Below, piece by piece: positions 44,249 through 55,120 of a stretch of 64,000 nt of DNA. A program made the translations under genes and the position numbers. The notes beneath the pieces were generated by a model that did not search any database, was not told where the DNA came from, and was given only the letters and a program-made list of their open reading frames with translations. Origin of the DNA: a virus; IMG/VR virus record IMGVR_UViG_3300028025_004808, positions 6,179 through 70,178 of that record. One strand, 5' to 3'. Positions within the stretch are counted from its first letter, which is position 1. Each line of letters opens with the position of its first letter.

Positions 44249-44279
44249 TTGCGCCACGATAAGTTTCGTGTGCTAATGT
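44249..44279 (+). promoter_or_regulatory. Putative promoter TTGCGC-N19-TAATGT with spacer inverted repeat CACGA-N6-TCGTG
   Basis: Intergenic. The -10-like box ends 7 nt before the chaperone ATG (possible leaderless mRNA). Confidence 0.45.
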
Positions 44280-44286
44280 CTCTGCT

Positions 44287-44826
44287 ATGACAGAAAACTC
44301 ACTTTATACAGAGCCTGAAGACCCAAAGAAGTCAGAAGCAAAGAAGACATTGCAGACCGCAAAGGCTCCTGAAGCAAAACTTCTTGACAAACTGAAGGAC
44401 GCAATTCAGAAGAAAGTTGAGCGCCCAGTTGTGCGTCTTGATGTTCCTGAGCGCCCAGGTGTTTCTTTGAGAATCAGTCCAAACATTACACAGCATCAAT
44501 TGAAGCAGTGGAGAAAGCAGTCTGGCGAAGACACGAAGCAGGGGCTTGATTCAATTAAGTTCTCTTGCCATGTGATTGGTCATACAACTGTTGGAGTTAT
44601 CTTTGACGGAGAAGAAGTTTTTGACGAAAATGGTTATGAACTCAACTTCGCTGCAGATGAGATTCTTCAGATGACAGACACGACACGACCAATCCCAGAA
44701 GCAGTTCGTGCTTTCTTTGGAGTTGACCCACACCTTGAAGCGGCAGCACTTGCAATCCTTGATGCTGCTGGATACTCGGACACGGTTGACACGTCGGACC
44801 CTACGATGGAGTCTTCGACGAACTAG
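44287..44826 (+). CDS. Tail assembly chaperone (G)
   Basis: Lies between tube and tape measure. Ends ...DPTMESSTN. Confidence 0.8.
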   Translation: MTENSLYTEPEDPKKSEAKKTLQTAKAPEAKLLDKLKDAIQKKVERPVVRLDVPERPGVSLRISPNITQHQLKQWRKQSGEDTKQGLDSIKFSCHVIGHTTVGVIFDGEEVFDENGYELNFAADEILQMTDTTRPIPEAVRAFFGVDPHLEAAALAILDAAGYSDTVDTSDPTMESSTN

Positions 44827-44996
44827 TAAAAGAGTCCGTCATCGTGTCAGCGGCACGAATGGGCGAACTTTTTGGTACTGACCCTCTTAGGCTCCTAGAC
44901 TGCACAGACGATGAATGGTTGATACGTCTTGCCTGTGCTAAAGTTATAGCAAACGATAAAGAAGAACAAGATAGACGGTCCAAAAACGCCGGTTAG
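44799..44996 (+). CDS. Tail assembly chaperone -1 frame extension (GT), likely by programmed frameshift at GAC-CCT
   Basis: The -1 frame is open for 65 codons: PYDGVFDELVKESVIVSAARMGELFGTDPLRLLDCTDDEWLIRLACAKVI...NAG*. It fills the gap to the tape measure gene. Confidence 0.7.
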   Translation, partial: PYDGVFDELVKESVIVSAARMGELFGTDPLRLLDCTDDEWLIRLACAKVIANDKEEQDRRSKNAG

Positions 44997-45028
44997 TCTC
45001 TAGTTCTTTTATTCCTATTGGGGTTACA

Positions 45029-48000
45029 ATGGCCGGTGTTCAGACAGAAATAAAAATTGATGTCGACTATACGGGTCATAGAGAAGCGCGTAAAGCGATA
45101 AGAGACTTTAGCAACCTTGATAGAGTTGTAAAAAAAAGCGCTGCGACATTTGCATCAGCCAGCGGAGGCGGTAGTGGGGGCAGCGCAGGTGGCGGTGTAA
45201 CGAAGTACTGGGGAAGACTCCGTAAATCAGTAACCGAGTTTGACAAAGCCGTATCTATGGTTGCCAAAGTTGGCTTAAAAGGCTTGTCCCTAGCAATGAA
45301 GGGCTCAGTCATTGAGATGGGCCTAATGGCTGTTGCCATGCTAGGCGTGCATGCTGCCTTTGTTGTCGGTAATGCGGCTATGAAGGCTATGCGTGCCCTA
45401 CAGGGTCCACTAGCCGCAGGAATGGCGGCAATTGTTGCTGCAGCGTCAGCCGCTGCTGCGGCTATACGCGAAAATCAAGCAGCAATGTATGCCTACAAAA
45501 CAACCAGTAAAAAAGAGTTTGGTTCAACATTAAACCAAACAAGACAAGTTATGCGTGCTCTTCACACGGACACATATCTTGCAACCGCTGGTGTTGAGAC
45601 TTTAAATAAGGCATTTGCTGCTGTTTCCAAAAACTCAACATTTACAATGAAAAGCCAAAAGACATTAAAAGGTTTGATGGACTTTGCTTCTGCAGGGCAA
45701 CCGCTAGACCAAGGTGTCCAAAAAGCAGGAGAGTTAATTGCGGCTCTTCAAAACGTAAAAACTACATGGTCTGAAACAAAGATTGCGGCAGAAGCACTAT
45801 TCCCTGATAAACAGGCGATGGAAAAAGCAATGAAGAAGTTGAAGATTACAACTAAAAAAGGTCTTCAAAAAGCAATTGATACTGGCTCTCTTGCAAAAGA
45901 AGCAGGAGTAGAAGGACAGTTTGAACAAGTTTCTGGAACTTTAATAAACAAACTTAAGGGTTATTTCACCATCCTTAGAAACCAATTTGCAGACTTGGGT
46001 CAACCAATGCTTGAACCATTAAAACATGCAGCGGAAGAAGTGTTTAGAATTTTAAGAAGAGGATTTGTAAAAATTTCTTCTTCTACTAGGTCTTTTGGTA
46101 TGGGAAACATGCTTCACGGATTGGTAACTCTTGTTCAAAAAGCGACAGATAAAATTGTTTCATTTATCAATAACAACACCCACACTGTTGAAGGAATGTT
46201 TACTAAATTAGGAAATTGGTGGGACAGATTTAGAGATGGATTTGACGTAATAACTGATAAATTGCGTCCGCTTATTAGTGGCGCAAAAGTCATTGAAGGT
46301 TTCTTTTATGAAATATTTCAACACGTTAAAAATATTTTTAATTCTAAGTTTGGCGATTTCAACGAATTTTTAACAAAAAACGAAGGCGCTATAAAAGAAC
46401 TTGGCGGTGGAATTGGACTACTCCTTGAAAACATATCTGCAGCAATGGGTGAATTTACAAAATTGCAGCAAAAACTACTTCCATTTGTTAATGACCTAGT
46501 CAAAGGTCTTGCACAGATAGCCGGACAAATTACAACAGTAATGAAGGCGTTGAATAAAATGGGCAGCGGACCGCTTGGTGCTCTTGGGGTCATTCTCGCC
46601 ATGCGTGGCGGAATGAGGGGTATGCAGTCAATGTACGCCCAGGGTGGCTACAAGATGGTCATGGTTAACGGCAAACAACAAATGGTGCCAAGTGGTCCTG
46701 GCGGACCTGGCGGACCAGGTGGAGGACCAGGTGGAGGACCAACGGTTGTTCACGGACCTCCTACTGGTGGCCTTGGAACAACTCATGCAACTCCACCAAC
46801 TATTCCGACTATTCCGATTCCGCCAATTCCAACTCCTACTGGAACTACTCCTCCTACAACTCCAAGAACACCAACAACTCCTACAACTCCTCCTGGAACT
46901 CCTGCTTTCCCAAGTTCATCAAGAACACCACTTCAAAGACCTGAATACGAAGTGTTTAAAAGAGCGCCAAAAGGGGGGACATATATTGGTGGCAAGTTTT
47001 ATAAAGGTGGTTCGTTCCTTCCTACTTCACAAATCACAGCACCTGAGCGTTCTTACTATGGAATAGAAGACATTGCTCGTCCTGGAAGCATGTCTCCAAT
47101 GGCAGATGTAGCCACAGATGTCGGCATGGTATCTATGCGTGCTGGTACGCCAGTAGCACCAGCGGCGGCTGCTGCAAGTGCATCTGCTGGTCTTGCTTCT
47201 GCATCTTCTCCAACTTTTTCTTCTGGAAGCGTTCCTCTTAACAGAGCAGGAAAACCAATGGCCCCTCCAGGAGGCATTGAGTACAACGGAAGATTCTATA
47301 GACAAGGTCAACAACTTCCCGATGGGTTCGCTTCTTCTTCTGGTGGAAGTCCCACTGGTCCTACTCCTCCAAGCGGAGGAGGCGGTGGCGGAGGCGGCGG
47401 AGCAACCCCTCCTGGTGGCACAGGACCAACTCCTCCTACCCCTAGAAGAACAAGAAGATTTATTAACAACCTTCAAAGACCTGGAACAACTGGTGGAACT
47501 TTTATAAAAGGTCTTAAAAAAATAATGGATGGACCTGACCAGATGTGGCTTCCAGGCGCTGGTGGTGGCGAAGGAGAGATGAGAGACGTTGCTGGAATGA
47601 CTGATGAAGAGTTCAGACAAGCAAGGGTCTATAACAAAGCATTTGGTGAAGGTGCTTACAAAGATGGAAAACTTCCGTCATCTGGTGGAAGTGGAGAATT
47701 AACAAGAAGAGCAAAATTTAGACAGCGCGCAATTAAAAACAGAACAAAAATGGACGGCTATAGAGGAAGACGAAACCGTGCGATGCTGGGAAGCAACACA
47801 GCAAAAATGGGAGCATCTTTTGTACTTGGCGCTGGTTCGCAATTTGCTTCAGAAGAAGCACAGGGCGCAATGGCTGCAGGCGCTGCAGTAGCGCAATCAA
47901 ACCCACTTGCTGGTGTTGCTGTTGCTGGTCTAGGAACCGCTATGAACGCAAGAACCGTAAAAGGTGGTGGAGTAAGCGGAGCACTAGGAGGTGCCGCTGC

Positions 48001-49945
48001 TGGAGCAATGATTGGCTCTGCAATTCCTGGAATAGGCACTGCCGTTGGAGCAGTAGTCGGAACACTTGTTGGCGGTATTGGCGGAATGGTCATGGGCTAT
48101 CTAAACAGGGAAAAAATAAAAGCCCAAAAAGCAAAGGCTGTTGCTGAAAAACAAATTAATTCAATTATCAATACTTCTTTAAGTTCTACTCTTGGAGCCG
48201 TCCAATCTGAATCAAAAAATGGTGGTCGTGACGCACAGGGCAAAGAAATAGGACCATCATCATTAAGAACTGCTTTTGAAGACCCAATGAAAGTTATTAG
48301 AGCACAACAAGAACTTCTTAAAGTTGGCACTGGAAGTGGAGTTTATGACGCTAACGGAATAATGAAAAGCCCTGACGAAGTAGCGGAAATACTTTCAACC
48401 AAAGGTGGAGTCACTTTTAGCGACGAAGATAAAAAAAATATAGCCGCTAAGCCAGAAGAATATCTTAATAAACTTCGTAAAGATGGTGCTGCAAACCTTG
48501 CGGCAATGGGTCCATTGCAGGACAAGTTTAATGCGCGAATGGACGCTCTAAAAACAATGACTGGTAAGACAGACCAGGAAATAATGGATATGGCTGGAAG
48601 CCTTGGCATAAATCTTTATGATGCAACTGTTGACTTTAAAGACGTAGTTGAGGGCCTTGGTGTAGCAATGGAAAAAACAAAAGAACAAATGAATGCTGTA
48701 ACAGTTTCTGCAGTTGTTGATTCTTTTTCTATTTTTGATGATGCAATAAAAAAATGGGACACTCCACGAATTCTTGATGAAATGGCCAGAACTTTTAGAG
48801 ACAAAGCAAACAGCGGAACACTTACATTTAAAGATAAAGCGGAATTTTTACAAGGTGTTGGAGAACAAAATACTACTTTGTTTGGAAGTGGCGGTATTGC
48901 ACAGGCTCAGTTTGAAGAATCTTTCCAAGCAGGTGGTTCAGCATTTAAAAAGGGTGGCGCTCTTTATGGAATGGACCCAGAAACTTTTTCTGGTGACAAA
49001 GAGATTCAAGCATTGCTGGACCAACAAAGAACAAAAGCAAGAACTGACCTTGGTCAACAGTATGCAGACCAGTTGAACTCTCAACTAAAAGGCACTGGCA
49101 AGATGGTCGACGCTAACGCAGTAATTGACAAAGTCATGAATATGTCAACAGATGAACTTGCTGCACTTGACATAAAGGCTCAAGGAAAATTTGACACCAG
49201 TAAAGTTCGTGGAGCAAAAAGCAAAGAGTCGGCAGTTTTGGGTGTTGCTGGAATGAGCGACCTTGAACTTATTAGTACATCAAAAGGCAAAAAAGGTGGA
49301 AAGGGAGATACTTCCGCTCTTGATACTGCTGCACTAGGAATTTCAGATGCAGCATCAGAACTTATAGGAAGTATGGACGAATTCTTTAAGAGAGATAAAG
49401 AAAATAAGCCAGACTGGTTCACAAAAGAAGCATTTAAAGAACTTATTGATTCTGATGATACATCAACGCCAAGAGGCGCAGGTATTGGTGACACAACTTC
49501 TAGCAAACTTGCAATAACAATGGGCAGACATTCTGCTATGGATGCTTCGCTTACAGGAAAAAGAACAGTCACGTCTTCCTACAGAACAACAGGGCTTGGC
49601 TCTGTTAACTCAGACCATGTAACTGGTCGCGCATACGATTTAGTCGGTCAAAACCTTGGTCAATATCAAACACTTGCTAAAGCAGGTGGAGGATTTGCAG
49701 AGTTCCACGGAACAAATGCTTCAAGACATCTTCATGTAGTACCTGGTCCAGGTGCAATTGGAGATACGCGCGTACCTGTTGCATCTTCAAATAAGCGGCC
49801 ATCAATGGGTATGTCAAGTACTAGTGGAGACACAAACTACTCTTTCTATATTCAGGGTGGAAAGAATGCTTCTCCTCAAGAAATTGCAGACCAGGTAATG
49901 ATGAAAATTAAAGACACTGAACGCTCAAACAGAGAGAGGAGATAG
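45029..49945 (+). CDS. Tape measure protein with C-terminal M15/LAS-type peptidase domain
   Basis: 1638 aa after the chaperones. Helical Ala/Gly-rich with TM-like segments. VTSSYR...SDHVTGRAYD...HLHV is a zinc peptidase signature. Confidence 0.9.
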   Translation: MAGVQTEIKIDVDYTGHREARKAIRDFSNLDRVVKKSAATFASASGGGSGGSAGGGVTKYWGRLRKSVTEFDKAVSMVAKVGLKGLSLAMKGSVIEMGLMAVAMLGVHAAFVVGNAAMKAMRALQGPLAAGMAAIVAAASAAAAAIRENQAAMYAYKTTSKKEFGSTLNQTRQVMRALHTDTYLATAGVETLNKAFAAVSKNSTFTMKSQKTLKGLMDFASAGQPLDQGVQKAGELIAALQNVKTTWSETKIAAEALFPDKQAMEKAMKKLKITTKKGLQKAIDTGSLAKEAGVEGQFEQVSGTLINKLKGYFTILRNQFADLGQPMLEPLKHAAEEVFRILRRGFVKISSSTRSFGMGNMLHGLVTLVQKATDKIVSFINNNTHTVEGMFTKLGNWWDRFRDGFDVITDKLRPLISGAKVIEGFFYEIFQHVKNIFNSKFGDFNEFLTKNEGAIKELGGGIGLLLENISAAMGEFTKLQQKLLPFVNDLVKGLAQIAGQITTVMKALNKMGSGPLGALGVILAMRGGMRGMQSMYAQGGYKMVMVNGKQQMVPSGPGGPGGPGGGPGGGPTVVHGPPTGGLGTTHATPPTIPTIPIPPIPTPTGTTPPTTPRTPTTPTTPPGTPAFPSSSRTPLQRPEYEVFKRAPKGGTYIGGKFYKGGSFLPTSQITAPERSYYGIEDIARPGSMSPMADVATDVGMVSMRAGTPVAPAAAAASASAGLASASSPTFSSGSVPLNRAGKPMAPPGGIEYNGRFYRQGQQLPDGFASSSGGSPTGPTPPSGGGGGGGGGATPPGGTGPTPPTPRRTRRFINNLQRPGTTGGTFIKGLKKIMDGPDQMWLPGAGGGEGEMRDVAGMTDEEFRQARVYNKAFGEGAYKDGKLPSSGGSGELTRRAKFRQRAIKNRTKMDGYRGRRNRAMLGSNTAKMGASFVLGAGSQFASEEAQGAMAAGAAVAQSNPLAGVAVAGLGTAMNARTVKGGGVSGALGGAAAGAMIGSAIPGIGTAVGAVVGTLVGGIGGMVMGYLNREKIKAQKAKAVAEKQINSIINTSLSSTLGAVQSESKNGGRDAQGKEIGPSSLRTAFEDPMKVIRAQQELLKVGTGSGVYDANGIMKSPDEVAEILSTKGGVTFSDEDKKNIAAKPEEYLNKLRKDGAANLAAMGPLQDKFNARMDALKTMTGKTDQEIMDMAGSLGINLYDATVDFKDVVEGLGVAMEKTKEQMNAVTVSAVVDSFSIFDDAIKKWDTPRILDEMARTFRDKANSGTLTFKDKAEFLQGVGEQNTTLFGSGGIAQAQFEESFQAGGSAFKKGGALYGMDPETFSGDKEIQALLDQQRTKARTDLGQQYADQLNSQLKGTGKMVDANAVIDKVMNMSTDELAALDIKAQGKFDTSKVRGAKSKESAVLGVAGMSDLELISTSKGKKGGKGDTSALDTAALGISDAASELIGSMDEFFKRDKENKPDWFTKEAFKELIDSDDTSTPRGAGIGDTTSSKLAITMGRHSAMDASLTGKRTVTSSYRTTGLGSVNSDHVTGRAYDLVGQNLGQYQTLAKAGGGFAEFHGTNASRHLHVVPGPGAIGDTRVPVASSNKRPSMGMSSTSGDTNYSFYIQGGKNASPQEIADQVMMKIKDTERSNRERR

Positions 49946-49947
49946 TC

Positions 49948-51555
<1,608 letters not shown>

Positions 51556-51557
51556 AC

Positions 51558-53246
51558 ATGTTTACTTCTGATTCTTTACAAATAGGTGATTTAACTAAAA
51601 AACAAATGTCTGTTGTTGCTCAAAATATTTTGAGCGTGAGTGTTAGTTATTCAATGGACATGGCCGCTCAACTAACCATAAAAATAGTTGACCCAGGTCT
51701 TGAGATGGGTTCAAACAGTTATTTTATAGTTGGTAGAGACGTTGTTTACGAAACAACTGCAATAAGGCCTGTTGAAACATTAACTATAGAACCAGATATA
51801 TACCCTTTATTTTCAAGAATACGACACGTTTATGAAATTAGTAGAGTGAGTGTTTCACAGGGGGATGCTGGTGCATCTCCGGTATATACCCTAGAAGCAA
51901 TGCCAAAAGCAATTCAGCAAATGAAAAGAGATAAAAAACCCGGAAACATAAGTGGCTCTGGATATGAATTTGTAAGACGCGCTGCAATCAAATATGGATT
52001 AAAATTTGTTGGAGAAAAAAGCACAAAAGTTAAAGCAGGTTCAAAAAACTCAGGAACAGGACAACAAGATTCTGTGTGGGACAGAATAACAAATATTGCT
52101 GGCGAGTCGCAATACGTTGTTTTTGTTGTTGACGGAACGCTGTATTTTGGCACACAAAAATGGTTTTTATATAAATGGGGTACTTCTAGGTTGCAGGGAA
52201 AACCTGTACTTGATAAAAAAGGAAAACCTGTTTTGAACAAAGACAAAACAGTAAAACTTCAACCAAATAAACATTTTATTCCATTTGAATACCCTGGAAC
52301 AGAAGATTCAAAAAAACGATTTGAAATTCTTTCTATGCCTCAATTGACAAAAGGCGAAAACGACCCAATGGAGACAGAGGGTTCTGCAACCGTTCATAGA
52401 GACAATGGTGTTGGCTTGCGGCCAGGTATGACTATACGAATAAACAATATTCCGCATATGCAAAAATACTATTTGATTACAAGTGTTAATTTTGAAGAAC
52501 AGTTAACTGACCCTGTTTCTGTTCAGTTTAGAACACCTGAAAGACTTGAAGTAAATGGAAAGATAAAAATAAAACCTCTTCCTATTGGAAAAATAGTTAA
52601 CAGCGAATATTTTTCTACTAAAAGCAATATTATGGGTACATCTTCAATAGGAATGCCTAACTACAACGACACGCAACCAACTCAAATTCCAGTTGGAACA
52701 ACACCATTTCCTATCGGAGAACAAACAAAAGCAAGATTACCTAACTCAAGAAGACTTGCTTCTCACCCAACATTAAAAGAAGAAATAAAATTAATAGTTC
52801 CAAAACCTCTTCTTAGTGCTGCTTCTTTAATAGACAGAAACAATTTTTTACAGGCTGGAAATATAGATATGTGGAATAGACCTTTGCTTCCTTCTACATA
52901 TAAAACTGAAACATTAACCAAGTGTAGAACTTTGTCAATGTTTTATCACTCAACAACATTTATTTATGAAGAGCAAACATTTAATGCTTATGTTATTCTT
53001 GAGCGTTTATTTTGTGTTGATGGAACAGTTATAGAACTTAGCGAATCAGAAGCAATAGATAAATACGAATCTGAGTCAATTCATCATGGAATTTTTTATC
53101 AAACAGCAGGACTAGATAAAGTCAACGCTTACATGTATGTACTTATTCAAGCACAAATGTTGACAGTTTTAAAAAGATTTCCTTCGAATGGAAAAGAAGT
53201 TTGGTCTGGCGCTGCAGTAATTCCCGATAGGAATAGGTGTTTTTAA
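51558..53246 (+). CDS. Baseplate hub (gpD/gp27-like) with C-terminal accessory domain
   Basis: SVSVSYSMDMAAQLTIKIVDP, DSVWDRI..IA, DGTLYFG, LRPGMTI...YLITSV. Confidence 0.7.
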   Translation: MFTSDSLQIGDLTKKQMSVVAQNILSVSVSYSMDMAAQLTIKIVDPGLEMGSNSYFIVGRDVVYETTAIRPVETLTIEPDIYPLFSRIRHVYEISRVSVSQGDAGASPVYTLEAMPKAIQQMKRDKKPGNISGSGYEFVRRAAIKYGLKFVGEKSTKVKAGSKNSGTGQQDSVWDRITNIAGESQYVVFVVDGTLYFGTQKWFLYKWGTSRLQGKPVLDKKGKPVLNKDKTVKLQPNKHFIPFEYPGTEDSKKRFEILSMPQLTKGENDPMETEGSATVHRDNGVGLRPGMTIRINNIPHMQKYYLITSVNFEEQLTDPVSVQFRTPERLEVNGKIKIKPLPIGKIVNSEYFSTKSNIMGTSSIGMPNYNDTQPTQIPVGTTPFPIGEQTKARLPNSRRLASHPTLKEEIKLIVPKPLLSAASLIDRNNFLQAGNIDMWNRPLLPSTYKTETLTKCRTLSMFYHSTTFIYEEQTFNAYVILERLFCVDGTVIELSESEAIDKYESESIHHGIFYQTAGLDKVNAYMYVLIQAQMLTVLKRFPSNGKEVWSGAAVIPDRNRCF

Positions 53247-53593
53247 TGATAGTAGGAGTCAATAGGACAAAAGCCTCGTCGCATCCAACAAGAGCAGATG
53301 GAATATATCTTGGAGTTGTTAAGCGTGTATTGCCAAATAACAAGGTTTACGTATACATACCAAAACTTTCAAATACCGTCGGTCCAATGCAGGTTGTCAA
53401 CACTATTAGCGGATTTCAAATTTCTGAAGGCAATCGTGTGTTGTGTGCTAATGTCGGCGGTGGAACAGAAGAGATGTACGTAATCGGGCATCTTGCTCAA
53501 CAGGCTTCTACTGATGTTTCAGCGGAAGTTGTTCAAGAAATTTCTAATGAATCAAGAGATATTAAAATTATTATGTTTATGGACATTGCATAA
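53246..53593 (+). CDS. Short baseplate spike (gpV-like OB-fold)
   Basis: GIYLGVVKRV, VYVYIPKL, GNRVLC...G....YVIG. Confidence 0.65.
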   Translation: MIVGVNRTKASSHPTRADGIYLGVVKRVLPNNKVYVYIPKLSNTVGPMQVVNTISGFQISEGNRVLCANVGGGTEEMYVIGHLAQQASTDVSAEVVQEISNESRDIKIIMFMDIA

Positions 53594-53613
53594 ATGCTGT
53601 GGGATAATTGAAT

Positions 53614-53910
53614 ATGGACTGTCTTTCTTTTCCAATAAAATTTACTTCAGGTCGTATAAAGACATTGCCCGAAGGAAGTTATGAATACTATAGACAAATA
53701 CTTACATTTAGTTTATTAACAGAAGTTGGAGAACACCCAATAACACCAGACTTTGGTGTACTGGACCCTACTTTCATATCCATAGAACCGATAGATTTTG
53801 TTATTAATGCAGCAAGATTTTTGCCCGAAGTTGAAATTGTTGGGATAAATCCTTCACTGAGAGAAGACGGCTCGCTTAACGTAGAATTTGATTTCCGAGT
53901 GAGGACATAA
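53614..53910 (+). CDS. Baseplate wedge protein (gp25/gpW-like)
   Basis: LSFPIKF, LLTEVGEHPITPDFG, PEVEI. Confidence 0.8.
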   Translation: MDCLSFPIKFTSGRIKTLPEGSYEYYRQILTFSLLTEVGEHPITPDFGVLDPTFISIEPIDFVINAARFLPEVEIVGINPSLREDGSLNVEFDFRVRT

Positions 53911-53911
53911 A

Positions 53912-55120
53912 ATGCCAATAAATTTTTCTCAATATGTATCGCTTACACCGTTTGACTCTTCACCAACGGCAATATATTTAGACGCAATAGATTACGCACG
54001 AGTTGCTTTACCAGAATTTCAACCTCGTCAGGGAACTCCTGAAGATGCAATACTGCAGGCTGTTTCATATGTAAGCGGATTAAATATTGCCGCTATAAAT
54101 AGAATTCCTGACAGATTGATGGCTGGTCTTGTTGGGATGATGGGCGTTATTTTAGATGATGGCTCAAAAACTATTGCAGATATTAAATTTACTTCTACAA
54201 CAACAGATGGAGCAGTAGTTCCTCAAGGAACAGTGGTCAGATATGAATTTGAGTTTTTGGGCGAAAGAAGTGCTCTTTACTTTGAAACTACTGAAGAACT
54301 AATAATTGCAGCAGTTGATATTGAAGACCCGCTTCCATATGGCAGTGTTGAAGCACAATCTCTTGAAATTGGATTAACTATCCCTTTGGCAGTTGGAACT
54401 CTTTTAGAAATTGAAACACCAACAACAGATATTCTTCAAGCAGAACTTGAATCAATAGTAACTTCTGGAACTAACCCTGAAACTGAAATTGAATATTTAA
54501 CAAGGTCTGTTAACTATCTTGGTTCGCTTTCTTCTTCTTTTGCAAAAGCATCTCAAGTTGATTCATTTATAGCGTCTGGATATGGAAATATAGTTTCTCG
54601 TTCAAAAACTTACGACCTTACAGACCCAGATGGCGACCTTGAGTTAGATGACCCGGATGAAGTAGGTTATGTGACTATATTTGTTTATGGTATTGGCGAT
54701 TTTGTTTCTCCAGAACTAAAAACAGATTTGCTTATTGATATTCAAGAAAAAACCGTTGCTGGCCTGGAAATAGGGATTAACAATGTAAATCTTGTAGAAC
54801 TTGACGTAACAGCATCTATTGCTTATTCGTCCGATTACGAATCAGCGGTAATAGCAAATAATGTTAAATCTGCTTTGTCTTCTTATTTTTCTCCTGAAAA
54901 TTATAGATTTTCAGACGGTATTAAACTTTCTGAATTTTATGGAATAATTTCTGGCGTTCGTGGTGTTGTTTATATGACAGAACTATCCGTAGAACCCAAA
55001 TCTGCTACTTACGGCTCAAATGATGTTGCTGGAAATATTGACTACGTATTTAAGGGCTCGCTTCCTTCTATTTCTTTTGACGACATCGTCTTAACACTTA
55101 ATTCGGTAGCGTTGCAATGA
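53912..55120 (+). CDS. Baseplate J-like protein
   Basis: GTPEDAILQA, VVPQGTVV, GTNPETEIEYLTR, GYVTIFV, ISGVRGV. Confidence 0.85.
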   Translation: MPINFSQYVSLTPFDSSPTAIYLDAIDYARVALPEFQPRQGTPEDAILQAVSYVSGLNIAAINRIPDRLMAGLVGMMGVILDDGSKTIADIKFTSTTTDGAVVPQGTVVRYEFEFLGERSALYFETTEELIIAAVDIEDPLPYGSVEAQSLEIGLTIPLAVGTLLEIETPTTDILQAELESIVTSGTNPETEIEYLTRSVNYLGSLSSSFAKASQVDSFIASGYGNIVSRSKTYDLTDPDGDLELDDPDEVGYVTIFVYGIGDFVSPELKTDLLIDIQEKTVAGLEIGINNVNLVELDVTASIAYSSDYESAVIANNVKSALSSYFSPENYRFSDGIKLSEFYGIISGVRGVVYMTELSVEPKSATYGSNDVAGNIDYVFKGSLPSISFDDIVLTLNSVALQ

